From the NCBI GenBank assembly GCA_013239625.1, contig MU054338.1:2358977-2422976 (forward strand): DNA of 64,000 nt, read 5' to 3'. Source of the stretch: Lama guanicoe. Taxonomy: Eukaryota. Made by a program: the position numbers and the translations under genes. Below are positions 36,621 through 48,740 of this stretch, in pieces. The notes under the pieces are model-generated. The model saw only the letters and a list, made by a program, of their open reading frames with translations, had not been told where the DNA came from and did no database searches. Position 1 is the first letter of the stretch. The number at the start of each line of letters is the position of its first letter.

Positions 36621-37529
36621 GAAGGGGCTGGGGGTCGGTCAGGAATGAAGCTGACTGTACTGAGATACCACGGAAGCAGGAAGGACAGGAGAGAAATGGC
36701 TCATAAACCCCAGGCCACAGTGCAGGCCAAAGCCCACGCAGCTCGTGGGCCCCCACCGGGGCCCTGTGAACGTGTCCAAGACTCCAGCCCTCCCAAGATT
36801 CTCCCCTCAGAACCAGGCACCCAAAAGTCCCCAAAACCATCGGTGAACCCATCAGGCCCTCCTGGGCCAGGCCTTGGGAGCCCAGGCATTTAAAGTAACC
36901 GGATTCTAAACACCAACGATGCATTTCACCTCCCATCAGGTTGGCCAGAACGACCAAGCCGACAGCATCTGGAGCTGGCAATGATGTGGGGAGACAGACG
37001 GTCTCTCTCGGCCCCTGCCGGACCTTTCCGGAAAGCCACCAGGCATCGGTCTGCTTGCCCCTGACCCAATCACTCCAAGGCGGGGACGCCAACCACTAGA
37101 AATCAAAGCATCACAGCTCCAGGCCCACTTTCAAAGATGTCCCCTGCGTCATGACTTGTGACAGCGAAAGGCAGCTCCAGACACAACCCGATCTCCCTCA
37201 GCAGGAGGCTGGTTGCATCCATAAGGCTCATGCCTAAAGTGCTGACCTTCACCACATGCTCGCCATGTGCTGACGTGCTAACCCAGGCAAGGCTGGCAGC
37301 GTGGCCCCATTTTACAGATGGGGACACTGAGGCTCAGAGAGACCAAGGCATTTGCCCTTTGGGGGTCACACAGCGACTGAGTGGAAGCCAGGCAGGATAA
37401 GGGGTTCCCCCCTCTTAACCACGGCACTGCATTCTCTCGGAAGAAAAAAACTGATACCGATGTGTGGATAAAAAAAAAATCCCCATTACAGATAAAAGTC
37501 AAGCAAGCTACAGAACAAGAGGTATGCAG

Positions 37530-37745
37530 AGCAGCCCTCACTCAGGCGATTACACCCCCCAGGGGCCACGTGGCCATGTCTGGGGACACCTGTGGTTCTC
37601 ACAACTGGGGGTGTTCCTGGCACGGAGGGGGTAGGGCCAGGGATGCCACTTCACACCCTACCTCCATCCCGCAGGATTGTCCCCCCAACAACAAAGAATT
37701 TTCCAGGCCAAAACGACAGTGCCAAGGCCCTGGGACCCTGGTGTC
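37530..37745. mobile_element. MER20 copy, GC-shifted
   Basis: CCCCCCAGGGGCCACGTGGCCATGTCTGGGGACACCTGTGGTTCTCACAACTGGGG. Confidence 0.7.
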
Positions 37746-39299
37746 ATACGGAACCACGGGGTGAACAAGCAGACCCATCTGTGTGTCTATGAGGCCGTGT
37801 GAGCAGGAAAGGCATGGACAGTTCTTCCCCAAACTTAACAGAAATGGGCTCGGAGAAAGGGAGGCAGCTATTAACCCTAAAGAGAGTGAAATAAATGACT
37901 GGCCGTGGGAGTCAAGATTTCTGGGGTTTGGGGACAGGCAGGAAGGGCCGGGCCCTTACGGCTCAGGGCCCTGTGCTCACACCCAGCCACAGCCAGGGCC
38001 TGGGATTTTATCTGCCCTCAATCAGATCACCTAGCCCCTGAGAAGACAAATGTCTGCTGGGCGGCTTTCTTGTGGTCACTGCATCTTAGGCTATTTTGTC
38101 TCTGCCCACCCCAGGCCAGAGGCTGATGGCGCAGGTCAGGGGACTGAGAAAGGGCTGCAACTGGGTCCCTCCACCGTGTCAGGTGCTGGCCAGGCAGGGC
38201 ACCACCTGCCGGCAAAGAATGAGGGCACGAGGGCCGGGTGGTGGAGCTGAACCGGGTCATCTACCAAGCAGCTCCAGATGGCAGCGTGAAAGGAAGCGGT
38301 GGGAGTTCTCCGGAGCCCCGCGGGGAGCGCACTCGCTCTGGCTCTTTCTCCAGACATTTCTCCCAACTCCCAGGCAGCACAGCAGCTCCCTGGCTGCCAA
38401 GGAATCTTCGGGAGGCCGGGGGAGAAGGAGCATGGCGCCCACGTGGGCGTCCACAGGGCCTCTCCTGGGGAGGGCGCTCGGGGGGACTGAGGTTCTGCGG
38501 GTCTGGAAACTTCCTGTCTGGGAGCTTGCAACCTTGACCAAGAAGGAACCATCCCTCTAGGCAGTGGCTGGGCTCTGCACACGGTCCCAGGGAAAGGCAG
38601 GCCGCCTCCCTTCCCAAACCTGCTCTCCCTGAGGGCAGGAGAGGGACGCCAAGGAGAAGGGCATGAGAAAGCAGGGCCCTGCACAGCTAAGGCAGCCCCC
38701 ACTATCCAGGGAGAATGCTTGGGGGCTCCTCCTCCCCACCTGCTTGCAGAGCTCTGGCACTGAAGGTGCCTGGAGATGTCATCCCCCCAACCCCCTCTTG
38801 TTATAGGGGGGTAAACTGAAGCCCAGAAAGCGAAGGAATGACCAGTGCACTAGAAACCAGGTCTGGTGACTTACACAAAGAAAGATGAGGTAGTCAGGAG
38901 GCTGACCCAGCCGGCCTCCAAGAACCCCACTTCCATCACAGCAGCCCCTGCCCTTCCCAACCAATAAGATATGCCCATAGGGTGACTGCTTGGAGGGGAA
39001 GGGGTGAGGTCCGGAAGCTGGTATCAAGCAAGGTGGGTGGCCCGGAGCAGTGGGTCCAGGCAGCGGGGCACATCTGGCACAGCGTCACTCCCTGGAGGCA
39101 GGGCCCCCCACCGGAACGGGGTACTTCACCATCCCACACGTAGGGCGGCCCCCTGACAAGACTGGGTGGGATGTCGTCCCCAGGCGCCCTCAGCAGGAGG
39201 CAGTGCACCCATCCACCGCGCGTCCAAATGGGGGGGTGTCTCACTCCCCGCCAGAGATGAGGACCCACCTTCCCCGCCTGCTCCAAAGGGAGTTGCTCC

Positions 39300-40020
39300 A
39301 CCCACAGCCTCTCAGAATGGGGCCTTGCACCCACCCCCGACCCCAGACCGGCGGCTCCCCCTAAGACTCCTGGAATGGGCGGCGCCACCCAGAGTCCCCA
39401 TAGCGGGGCGTTCTATCCTCCCTCGGGCGCCGGGTCCCCCGGCCCCGGAGTGGGGCGTTCCATCCCCCCTGCGAGTGCCCCCGAGTGGAATGTTCCAGCC
39501 TTCCCGCTGCGGGTCCCGACGCCCCTCCGGCGCTAGGACGGGTCCACTGGGCCCCGGCGTGGGGGGGCAGGCGGGTCCATTCGGGGAGCGGGGAGGGAGG
39601 GAGGGAGGTCCCGAACCGTTACCTGCTGCCGCCCCGCTCTCCGCGGCCCAGGCTGCCTCCGAGGTCACGGCCCCCGCCTCGGCGCTCTCCGCCTCGTCCG
39701 GCACCTCCAGCTCCATGGCCGCGCGAGGGCCTGCCGGCCGGCGGGCGGGCGGGCGGCCGGAGGGAGCTTCCCGAGCTGCGGCTGCGGCCGCCGCCGCTGA
39801 ACAACAACCGCCGCCGGCTGGAGAGCGGAGGGAGGGGGCCGGGCCCAGGGAGGGAGGGGCGGGCCCGGGGCGGGGGAGGGCGCTGCGCCACTGCGCACCG
39901 CGCGCGCCGCCAATCGGGCCTCGGGGGCGGGGCCTGCGTGCGTCCCGGGCCCCGGGAGCGACGCGAGCGCCCTCACGCGCCCAGGGGGTGGAAAGGGCAG
40001 CGCTATTCCCGTCACTTAAC
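39300..40020. promoter_or_regulatory. PIP5K1C CpG-island promoter
   Basis: Very dense CpG; several GGGGCGGG Sp/KLF boxes (~39856-39875, ~39924-39932); CCAAT at 39910-39914; surrounds exon 1. Confidence 0.9.
39623..39716 (-). CDS. PIP5K1C: PIP5K1C coding exon 1 ([32 protein letters not shown])
   Basis: ATG at 39716 in a GCGGCCATGG Kozak context; the peptide matches the PIP5K1C N-terminus; donor G|GTAACG; 94 nt. Confidence 0.97.
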
Positions 40021-41164
40021 GTTGCTATGGTCCATAACAGCATTATTATATATAATAAACATAAGTAATAATTACAGTTAACAAATTATCATGTCAAAAA
40101 TAACGTTTATATCACACATGCTATCGTTTAACATAAGTAATAGTTATGTAATAATAAATAAGTTTAATTTTATTATTATGCACAGTACATAAATTGTGTC
40201 ATATTATTATGATAGACATACTAATGTTACTATTAAACAAACAGTAATATGGTATTATGATAAGCAGTATTAGTAGGTAATGTAAAGGCACTATTTATGA
40301 TAGACAGCACCATGTATAACGTATCAAAAATTATACATAATAATAATATTCTCAAGTGCCAAGCTCAGTGCTAAAGCCTTTACAGGCAATATCTCCAGAA
40401 GTTAGGGACTATATTTTGTTTTCTTTTTTTAAACTACTAGTATATTCCCAGTACATAACACAGAACCTTACACCTAGAAGACAATAAATATTCGATAATA
40501 TTGATCAACCAGATGGAAACTATTATCCCCATTTTACACTTGAGAAAACAGGAACTCAGGGAGCTGAAGCCACATGCTCAGAATCACACAAAGAACTGTG
40601 CAGTGAATCAGCGAGTTTACCTATTGTATTAAGAATAATAATTGTGTATATGTTGTCATTAAAATCTAATGGTGAATTTATTAATGATATGGTTAGGCAG
40701 TTATTCATTCTGAGGTCATGGTTTGGGGAGTAATAAGTGTTGCTATTAGTAATTTTATTCATTATTAATGATTTCTGCTGGGGGGCAGGTGGGGGAATGG
40801 GGGCACCCAGCTGGTGAGGGATGGGGCTGGAAAGTTTTTGCCCAAGCCTGTCTGACTCCAGACACATGACCCCCTCATCACCGTCTGGGGTGCTGATGAG
40901 GTCATCAGGAGGTTGACAAGGCTGTACTTTGGGGTACTTGGTGGTGGGATGACAGGGGATCAGGAAGATGAAGTAGGCCTCAGGCAGACCCAGGGGTTAG
41001 AAAGATGCATCTGAAACGTTCTCCATCAAAACAGGGAGAGAAACAGAGAAAAAGGAAGATGTAGAGAATAGAACCCAGGATTGGGGGCAGGCCTCCCACA
41101 GATTAGCTGTGTCCTGTCAGAACTGAGCCCACCTGGAGGTGGGGGGTCAAAAGGCTCCAAGGAA

Positions 41165-41590
41165 TTAACAGATGATGCATAAACACAATGTGGTCCATTC
41201 ACACAATGGAATATGATTCTGCCTTAAAAGGAAGGAGATTCTGACACCTGCTACAACATGGTTGGACCTTGAGGACACGATGCTCAGTGAAATAACCCAA
41301 ACACAGAAGGACAAATACTGTCTGATTCCACTCACAGGAGGACCCAGAGGAGTCAAATCCATAGAGACAGAAAGTAGATGGTGGAACCAGGGGCTGGGGA
41401 AAGGGATGGGGTGTCAGTGTTTAATAAGGACAGAGTTTCAGCTTGGGAAGATGAGGAAGTTTTGAAGATGAATAGTGGGGATGGTTGCACAACAATGTGA
41501 ATGTGTTAATGTCACTGAGCTGTGCACTTCAAAATGTTTAAGATGGTTCATTTTATGTTATGTGTATTTTGCCACCATTTTTTAAAAAAA
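41165..41590 (+). mobile_element. L1MB-like 3' end, ordinary AT-rich copy
   Basis: CACAATGGAATATGATTCTGCCTTAAAAGGAAGGAGATTCTGACACCTGCTACAACATGG...; close to the consensus as I recall it. Confidence 0.85.
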
Positions 41591-41672
41591 GGCTCCAGGA
41601 GGTGTTCTTTGGATGCATGCCATGGATAGAACTCCTGATTCATTTCGAATCTGTCTCGAGAGAAGATTTAGA

Positions 41673-41893
41673 TCAGTGGTTCTCAAAGTGAGGTGCCTGG
41701 ACCTGTCTTCACCAGCATCAACCAGGAGCATGTTAGAAATGCAGATTCTCAAAAAGAAAGAAAGAAATGCAAGTTCTCGGGCCCCACCCCAGCCCTCCTG
41801 CATCAGAAATTCAGGGCGGAAGGACCCACAAGCTGGCTTTCAGTGAGCCTCCCAGGACAATTCAGATGCCTGGTAGAGTTTCAGAACCACTAG
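41673..41893. mobile_element. MER5-like hAT element
   Basis: CAGTGGTTCTCAAAGTG...TGTTAGAAATGCAGATTCTC...AGAACCACT. Confidence 0.75.
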
Positions 41894-42789
41894 CTCAGAC
41901 AACTGGAGAAGGGCTAGAGGGTTGGATCAGTGATGAGAATTGTGAAAACAAAGCAAAATTTTAAAGGATCAACTTCAGGATTGATTCTGAATCTCTCTTG
42001 GCAGGAAGTCAATATTACAACTGGAAAATCAAGAGGTCAAGCAATATTTAGAGAGGTAGACGTGAACATCTACACAATTAACTTAAAAGAAGCTGAAGAG
42101 GGGGTTCCTCTGAGAAATCTTGGGGTGGCAGTGTCGCTGACAATTTCAACAGAACCTGCATGAGAATGTGACTCTTTAAAGTGTGCGAGTGTGTAAACTT
42201 TAACGAAAATATAAAAGCTTAAAAAAAACTGATGCTGAGTGGGGAGCAGAAGGAGATAGGCAGGGAATGGAGAGGAGGGACCTGGGTGGGGCTGCATTTT
42301 TTTCCCCATCCTCCCTCATTGCTTGTCCTTGTTCCCATTTTGCAGGATGGAAAAACCGAGGCTGTCCAGCTCAGCTGGTTGCCTGGTTTCGGACGCCCCC
42401 TGGTGGCTATAGTGGTTACTACCAGCAGCACTGGGTACAGCAGGTAAGAGAAACTTGAGTTTCCATCCCAACCCGTATTCCATTCATTCACTCCACAAAT
42501 ATTTATTGAGCACCTACTGGGTACCAGGCACTGTTCTAGGCCACAAGGTTACACACATGAACAAAACCAAATCCCTGACCTCAATGAGGTGGCAACCTAG
42601 AAGAAATACAGATAAACAAGCAAATAAGACATAAGGTCCTTTCAGCTGCTAGTAAATACTTTGAAAATAATACAGATGTGATATGACCGCGACAGAATGT
42701 GATCGAACAAGACAGACTTCACAGCTAATTCATACTAAGCTCCTCATCCAACACTTTTCAGTAGAATGACAAGTAAGCTGGTTTAAGTT

Positions 42790-43060
42790 TAAATTTTTTC
42801 ATGTTGTTTAATATTTTCTAGCAACCGCATTTTAAAAAGCAAAAAACAAAACAAAACAAACCCAGATGAGATTAATTTTAACAACATATTCCATTTAAAC
42901 CAATCCATTCAAAAATATTATTGTTTCTGCTGGGAAAACGAATGAGCTATTTTACACTCCTCACCGTACAGCGAGACTTCCAAATCCGGGGTGTGTTTTA
43001 CCCACCTCTCTTTCATCCAGACCAGCCGCCTGTGGCTCGTGGCTGGGAGGTGCAGCCCTA
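42790..43060. mobile_element. MER33/MER3-like hAT element
   Basis: TTTTCTAGCAACCGCATTTTAAAAAG...GAGATTAATTTTAA...AAATCCGGGGTGTGTTTTAC. Confidence 0.55.
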
Positions 43061-43672
43061 CTGTGTGCCCAGCAGCGTGCTCAGCACTTTGTGGGAGGGC
43101 ATTCATTCAGCCGCTCTTGCAAAGAATCTTAGGAAGCAGAGGCCAGTGTTGTTCTCATTTTTTTTTAATGAGGAAACTGAGGGGCTCCCGTGACTTGCCC
43201 AGGCTGCCCAGCTGGGAAGAGATACAAGAAGCTTGCTTACGAATCTTAGTCACTTGGTGGCGGAGAAGCGGAGTTTGCGGAGTTTGCGCTCAGACGTGCG
43301 GGCCGGAAGGAGCAGCCCCGCTGCAATCGGGGGAAGGCACAGCTGGGGCAGGGGCTGGGTGGTTCCAGATGCCAGGGGAGCGGCGGGGGGATGGGGGAGC
43401 GGGGCGGGGGCACCATTCATTCATTCATTTCTGAACTTATTCAAGAAATGTCTCCCAAGAGCATGCCACGTGTCCCAGCCCCTTGCTGGATGCCGAAGGC
43501 TCAGCAGTGCACAGCGCCAGCCGGACAGCGCTGGGCGTCCCTGGCGTCCCTGGCCTCTGGGCAGGCAGGGGTTAAGGCCAGCACTCCCACGTGAGAGTAC
43601 CTTGCGACAGAGCCACACACCCAGCCAGGTCTCTCTCACGCTCACCGGTTTGCCTGTGCGCCTTGCCCTGCT

Positions 43673-43852
43673 GGTTTCACCCAGCGCCGGACAGGCTAGC
43701 CTGTTGCCGCCACAGGGAGGAAAAGTTGGGCGAACAGGTAGGAGGCCAGAGCTCAAGCCTCAGGTCCCCTCCCCACCTCAGCCCCCTGACAGGCAGGCAC
43801 CCCAGCGCTGGCTCCTGCTGTCTGCCCAGAGGTCACCCAGCCTCCTAGACAG
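43673..43852 (+). other. TJP3: TJP3 non-coding first exon (1a); 5' end approximate
   Basis: Ends CCTAGACAG|GTGAGT (consensus donor). GAGGAAAAGTTGG...GGAGGCCAGAGCT...CACCCAGCCTCCTAGACAG matches my recollection of the human TJP3 5' UTR. Confidence 0.8.
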
Positions 43853-45279
43853 GTGAGTCCCCTACTCTGCTCTGCCTGCCATCCCGGAGGCATAGCGCAG
43901 CTGGGCTCCCCACCGCGGGGTCCCGGGCCCCTGTCACCTCCCCCCCCTCCCTGGCCCTCCTGAAAGCCGGAAACTGACACTCCTGTGTGGCCATTTGACA
44001 TAGTTTCTAAGGGATTATCTGGCTGGCAGTTACTGACCCTGGCAGCCTGCCCAGGACGCCAGAGCCACAGACTTCAGAGGGTCATTGTTGGTCCAGGCGG
44101 TGCTGGGGGGCTGAGGGGGCACGGGCTAGCCTCTGATCCCCCAAACGGGGGAGGGGAGGCCGGTGGGGAGGTGGCAGCTGAGGTAGTCTGGCACCTGGTG
44201 CGTATCGGGGCCTCCTGGAACTTCTTAAGAGGCTCCCAAGGTTTCAGGCAGTTGCATCTCACTTTCCCCCACCCTCTGCTGCTGGAGCGGGGCAGTGGGG
44301 GTCCTGGGGGGCGGCATCTGTCTTATCTGAGTTTCTTCTCTGGGCAAAATCTCCTGACGGAGAAACGCAGGACGGGGCGGTCGTCATGACAGCCTGCAGA
44401 ATCGGCTGTGGGCGAGGAGCCGGGACGGTCTCCGGGCAAAGGAAGAGGACAGGGGTCAGGTGGCAAGAGCCTTTTCTGGGTCGTTTGCTCCCAAAAGTGC
44501 AGGACAAAGAGCACTTCCCCGCCAGCCAAGTGTCTGATGCACTTCAAGTCCCTTTGTGCGGGATCAGGAGGTGCCCTCCGGGGCTGGCAGGCCTGAGCAC
44601 CCCAGCTGCAGGGTCCAGAGCTGGCCTGGCATTTGAGGCCACTCCTGGGAAGCAGAACTGCTTGAGATCTGAGCTCTGTTGGGTTGAGAGGAGACAGATC
44701 TCAACTGTAGATCCCACGCTGCCTGGGGTTTAGAGAGGAAACGCACAGAGTCAGATCTGACCTCAGTTTTCCACTCTATAAAATGGATGTAATAAGCCTT
44801 ACCATGTCACAGGGCTGCTGGGAACAGCATATGACAGCGCAGGGGTCAGGGTAAACTGTCCCACCCAAATCGGAACTCAGAACACCAGGCCAGTGGCAAC
44901 GTCCCATTGCCTTCTTGTTTCATGGAGGTCGAACCCGGGCTCCGAGAGGGACAGCCACTTACCCTGGGCTGCATAGTTAAGTAGGACTCTCAGCCAGATG
45001 GGAGTCAAAATGCAGAAAGTGGAGAGGTCTGGCAGCTGCCCGTGTCCCCTGACCGAGGCCCCAGTTTCAGCATCTTGTAAGAGTCCTGCCTCCCTGGCTC
45101 AGGGCTTCCATGTGGCCCTGGTTCTGGGGAAAGTCCAGCCTGGGAGTTTGGGTTCCTATTCTTCCGCCTCAGGGCTGGCCTGGCGCCAAGGGAGCTGTGT
45201 TTGTTCAGGGTGGAGACTGACACCCTTTGGAATGGGTTGAGGTTAGTGGGAAACATTACTGGGAGGAGGGGCTGCCCAG

Positions 45280-46170
45280 AGAACGAACCTGCATTTATGG
45301 AGTGCCAACTGTGTGCCAAAGGCTGTTCCAGACCTTGGGTATTCAGCAAGCATCAAGAGAAACAAAGATCCCTGCTCTTGTGGGGCTTTTGGTGAAGGAA
45401 GACAGACAAGAAACAAGAGACACAGTACGGAAATAAATTGTATCCTAAACTGTATCCTGGGTTAGAGGGTGGTCAGTCTTAGAAAAAAAAAAAAGCAGTG
45501 AAGGAGGTACAGAGACAGGAGTAAAACAGGCAGGGGACAGTTTCCAGTCATAAATAGAAAGATCAGGGGAGAGTTCATTGAGAAGGCGACATTTGAGCAA
45601 AGACTTGAAGGAAGTGAGTAGTTGGGGGAAGAGCATGCCATGTAGCGGGCATGGCCTGTGCAAAGGTCCTGGGGCAGCACCATGCCTGGTATGCTGGAGG
45701 AACAGTCAGGAGGTCTGTATATCTGGAGCAGAGTGAACGAGGCGGGAAGAGGGAGGAGGGGCGGGCAGGGGTGGACAGGGCAGGTTGTGCAGGGCCTTGT
45801 GGGCCTCTAGTAGCTTTTACCCCCAGGGAGGTGGGAACCCTGGAGGGCTGTGGGCAGAGGAGGGGCGGGACCTGACTCCGGTGCTCACGGGCGCCCTCTG
45901 GTGGCCGCTGCGGGGAGGACAGACTGTGAGGGGTGAAGGCAGAGCCTGGACCAGGGGGCGGGGACTGTGCTGGTCCAGATGAGAGATGATGGGGTGGGCA
46001 GACCATGTCGGGGCTTAGGAGGCGGGAGAAGTGGGCGGATTCTGGACAGATCTGGGGAGAAAAAACAGTATTTGCTGACGTATGAGAGGCAGATGGGGTT
46101 CGGGGTAACTGGGAAGAAAAGTGCAAAGAATATTCTGGGGCTTGAAGGTGGTAACAGGTGAGACAGACAG
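45280..46170 (-). mobile_element. L2 LINE 3' fragment (GC-shifted core)
   Basis: GAAGGCGACATTTGAGCAAAGACTTGAAGGAAGTGAG; GTGCAAAGGTCCTG; core at ~45.78-45.93 kb. Confidence 0.8.
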
Positions 46171-47789
46171 GCAGGGGCAGGTGGAAATCTGAGGGGAGAG
46201 CCTTGGATGCCAGAGTGAAGGCTTTTGGGGTTATGGTGTTAAGGGACACTTTTTTTTTTCAAAAATGTAAAAGCGTGACTTCTAATATAAAACAGGTGCA
46301 TTATGAGTTTACTTAACTCACTCATTGACATGGAACTAGTAAGATTCTACAGCTTGTTTAGAGGAGAGAATATTAAGAACCCACACACAAGCAATCAAGA
46401 ATGCTGACATGAATTTACAAATAGAGGTAAAGCTGGTCAGTAGCCACAGGCAATAATCACTGGTCTCCACAGGACGAAATTCATGTGCATGTCTACGGAC
46501 AAGAATCATTTGTGATGCCACCAGTTTCCTATCATTCACGCGGTTGTAAAATAGCTCGAAGGCCATAAGAGGCAAAGAGAGCTAAAGAGGGTCCCCAGAG
46601 CCGGGCGCTGACCAGATGCGCAGTAGGTATCCTCGAACAAACGCTAGGGGACTATGGAGTGTTCTTGAGCTGAAGCCGCAGCTTATTAACCACACACTTG
46701 TTGCTCAGACTATTTGTCTTATGTCTGTGAGCTCTACCACTGCCGTGGCCCGAGCTCCTAGAGCCGTGCCTGGTACGCAGTAGGCACCCCATAATTGAAT
46801 GAATGGCTCATGGGGAACCACCTAAGATTTGGAACAGAGTAGAAAGACCAGTGCTGTGTGCTCGAGAAGGACAGATTCCAGGTATGGCAGGTTCAGCCAC
46901 AAAGCAGATAAGGATCAGCAGCATGGGGGTCACAGGGGACCTTTCATGGACAGGGAGGGGAGTTGGCTGGGTTACAGGTGCAGAGGTGAGACTGAAACCA
47001 GGGATGGTAAGAAAGGTGTCAGGGTCTGGGTCCTTTCCCCGGCCATTGCACTGAACGATAGAACCTTGTAACTGTCAACCTTCAAATGGACAGTTTTGAG
47101 AGTCCTCCTCGAGACCTGGGGACACCGTAAGTCACTTTCATTTCTTCCCGTGGGGGCTTGTCTCTTTCCTCCTGGCCCAAATGGAGAAGGAAACACAAGG
47201 AGCATCCAGATAAACCTTTCTGTGCACCTGCTACATGCTAGCTGCTTAAACTTGTGATCTCCCCAACGAAACCGCTCAAAGTCGGAGTCAGGTCTCACTA
47301 CACAGATGAGGAAACTGAGGCAGGAAGCAAAGGGGCTGGGATTCTCACCAGGCACTTCTCTGCCCCTTCGCTGTAGAGCTTCCTTCTAGGGCTTCCCCCC
47401 ACCCACTGTGAGCGCCCTCCAGCTGCCTCCTACACTCCAAGCTTCTAGAAGGGGCTGTGATCCTCCTCACCTCCTCACCCTTCTCTCCTACATCAGGTGC
47501 TCCCCCTCAGGTGCCCCAGGACCCGCGCGGTGCCAACCGCTGGGACATTCCTTGGTCCTGTGCTTGCCAGAGAGCCCGCCACACCCAGAATCTGCCCTTC
47601 CTCCCACCCCGGCGCTGGTGCAGCTGCTCCGCGCCCTCTCCCTGAACTTCTAGCCCCAGTCCAGTCATGGGGAAAGCATGAGACAAACCCCAAACGAGGG
47701 GCCTCGTCCCAAATCCCTCACTGGTCTCACCCGGACGGCAAGGGTCGCGGGACGAGGGCAGTGGAGCCCAAGGAGTCGTGAGGGTTGAA

Positions 47790-48035
47790 CGCACTGTGGG
47801 GTCCTGGATGGGATCCCGGTCCGGGAAAGGGACGTTAGTAAAATCTGAACACAGTGTGGAGTTCAGTTAATGGTGATGAGGATGTGGTTTCTTAGTTTTG
47901 ACAAATGTATCACAGTCATGTGAAATGTTAATGTTGGGGAAAACGGGGTGAGGAGAGTATGGGGACTCTCTGAATTATACCTATAACTTTTCTGTCATTT
48001 AAAAATTATTCCAAGATAAAATGTTTATTTGAAAA
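47790..48035 (+). mobile_element. L1MC-like 3' end fragment
   Basis: GGTCCTGGATGGGATCC...TCTTAGTTTTGACAAATGTA...ATTATTCCAAGATAAAATGTTTATT. Confidence 0.65.
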
Positions 48036-48059
48036 ATTTTTTTGCAGGGCCTCTGGTTT

Positions 48060-48740
48060 GGCCTCACTGCTCCCCCAGTTCATGCCCTCGTCCCCTGCCC
48101 ACAGTCTGTCCTCCCTGTAGCAGCCACCAGAGGACGCCTGAGAGCACCTGAACCAGGCCCCACCCTCCTCTTGTCCACAGCCCTCCTCTTGTCCACAGCC
48201 CTCCTCTTGTCCACAGCCCTCCAGGGCTCCCACCTTCCTGGGGGTAAAATCTCAGGTACTCCCTGGGGCCCACAAGGCCCTGCACCATCTGCCTCTTTCC
48301 CCTCCCTTCCCTCACCTCCTCTCTCCCTCTCCAGCCACACGGGCCTCCTCGCTGTTCCTCCAGCACCCCAGGGCCTTTGCACTGGCTGTTCCCTCCATCC
48401 CGAACACCCAGATCTCCCCATGGCATCTCCCTCACCTCCTTCAGGTCTAGTAGTTCCCTCTGCCCAGATCCCTCTCACTTAGGTCACTCCTACTAAATTC
48501 AGTTCTCATCTCGAGTAGCACCTCCTCAGAGAAGCCCTCCCTGAGCCCCCAGCCCATGCTCTGCCTCCTTGCAGATGCTCTCAGGAGTCTAGTTGGACTT
48601 TTAATTTCTGCTATGCGATGATTTGGTTATTGTCTCTCTCCCCTAAGGACCCTGGGCTTCCTGTAGGGCAGGGACAGGGTCTGCATCAGTCCTGGGTGTA
48701 CACAGTAGGTGCTCGGTAAATGTCGAATGAATGAGCCAGT
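48060..48740 (+). mobile_element. L2 LINE 3' fragment (GC-shifted core)
   Basis: Core as above; ends CAGTAGGTGCTCGGTAAATGTCGAATGAATGA. Confidence 0.75.
48163..48222 (+). repeat. 18-bp tandem repeat x3.3 (CCCTCCTCTTGTCCACAG)
   Basis: Three perfect units at 48163, 48181 and 48199 plus CCCTCC. Confidence 0.95.

Noticed and set aside
39717..40043. In-frame upstream ATG giving a 109-aa N-terminal extension of PIP5K1C
   Set aside because: The ATG lies upstream of the CCAAT/GC boxes and the probable TSS; the known start at 39716 has a strong Kozak context
39166..40068. 300-aa ORF antisense across the PIP5K1C CpG island
   Set aside because: Typical CpG-island artefact; no recognisable protein
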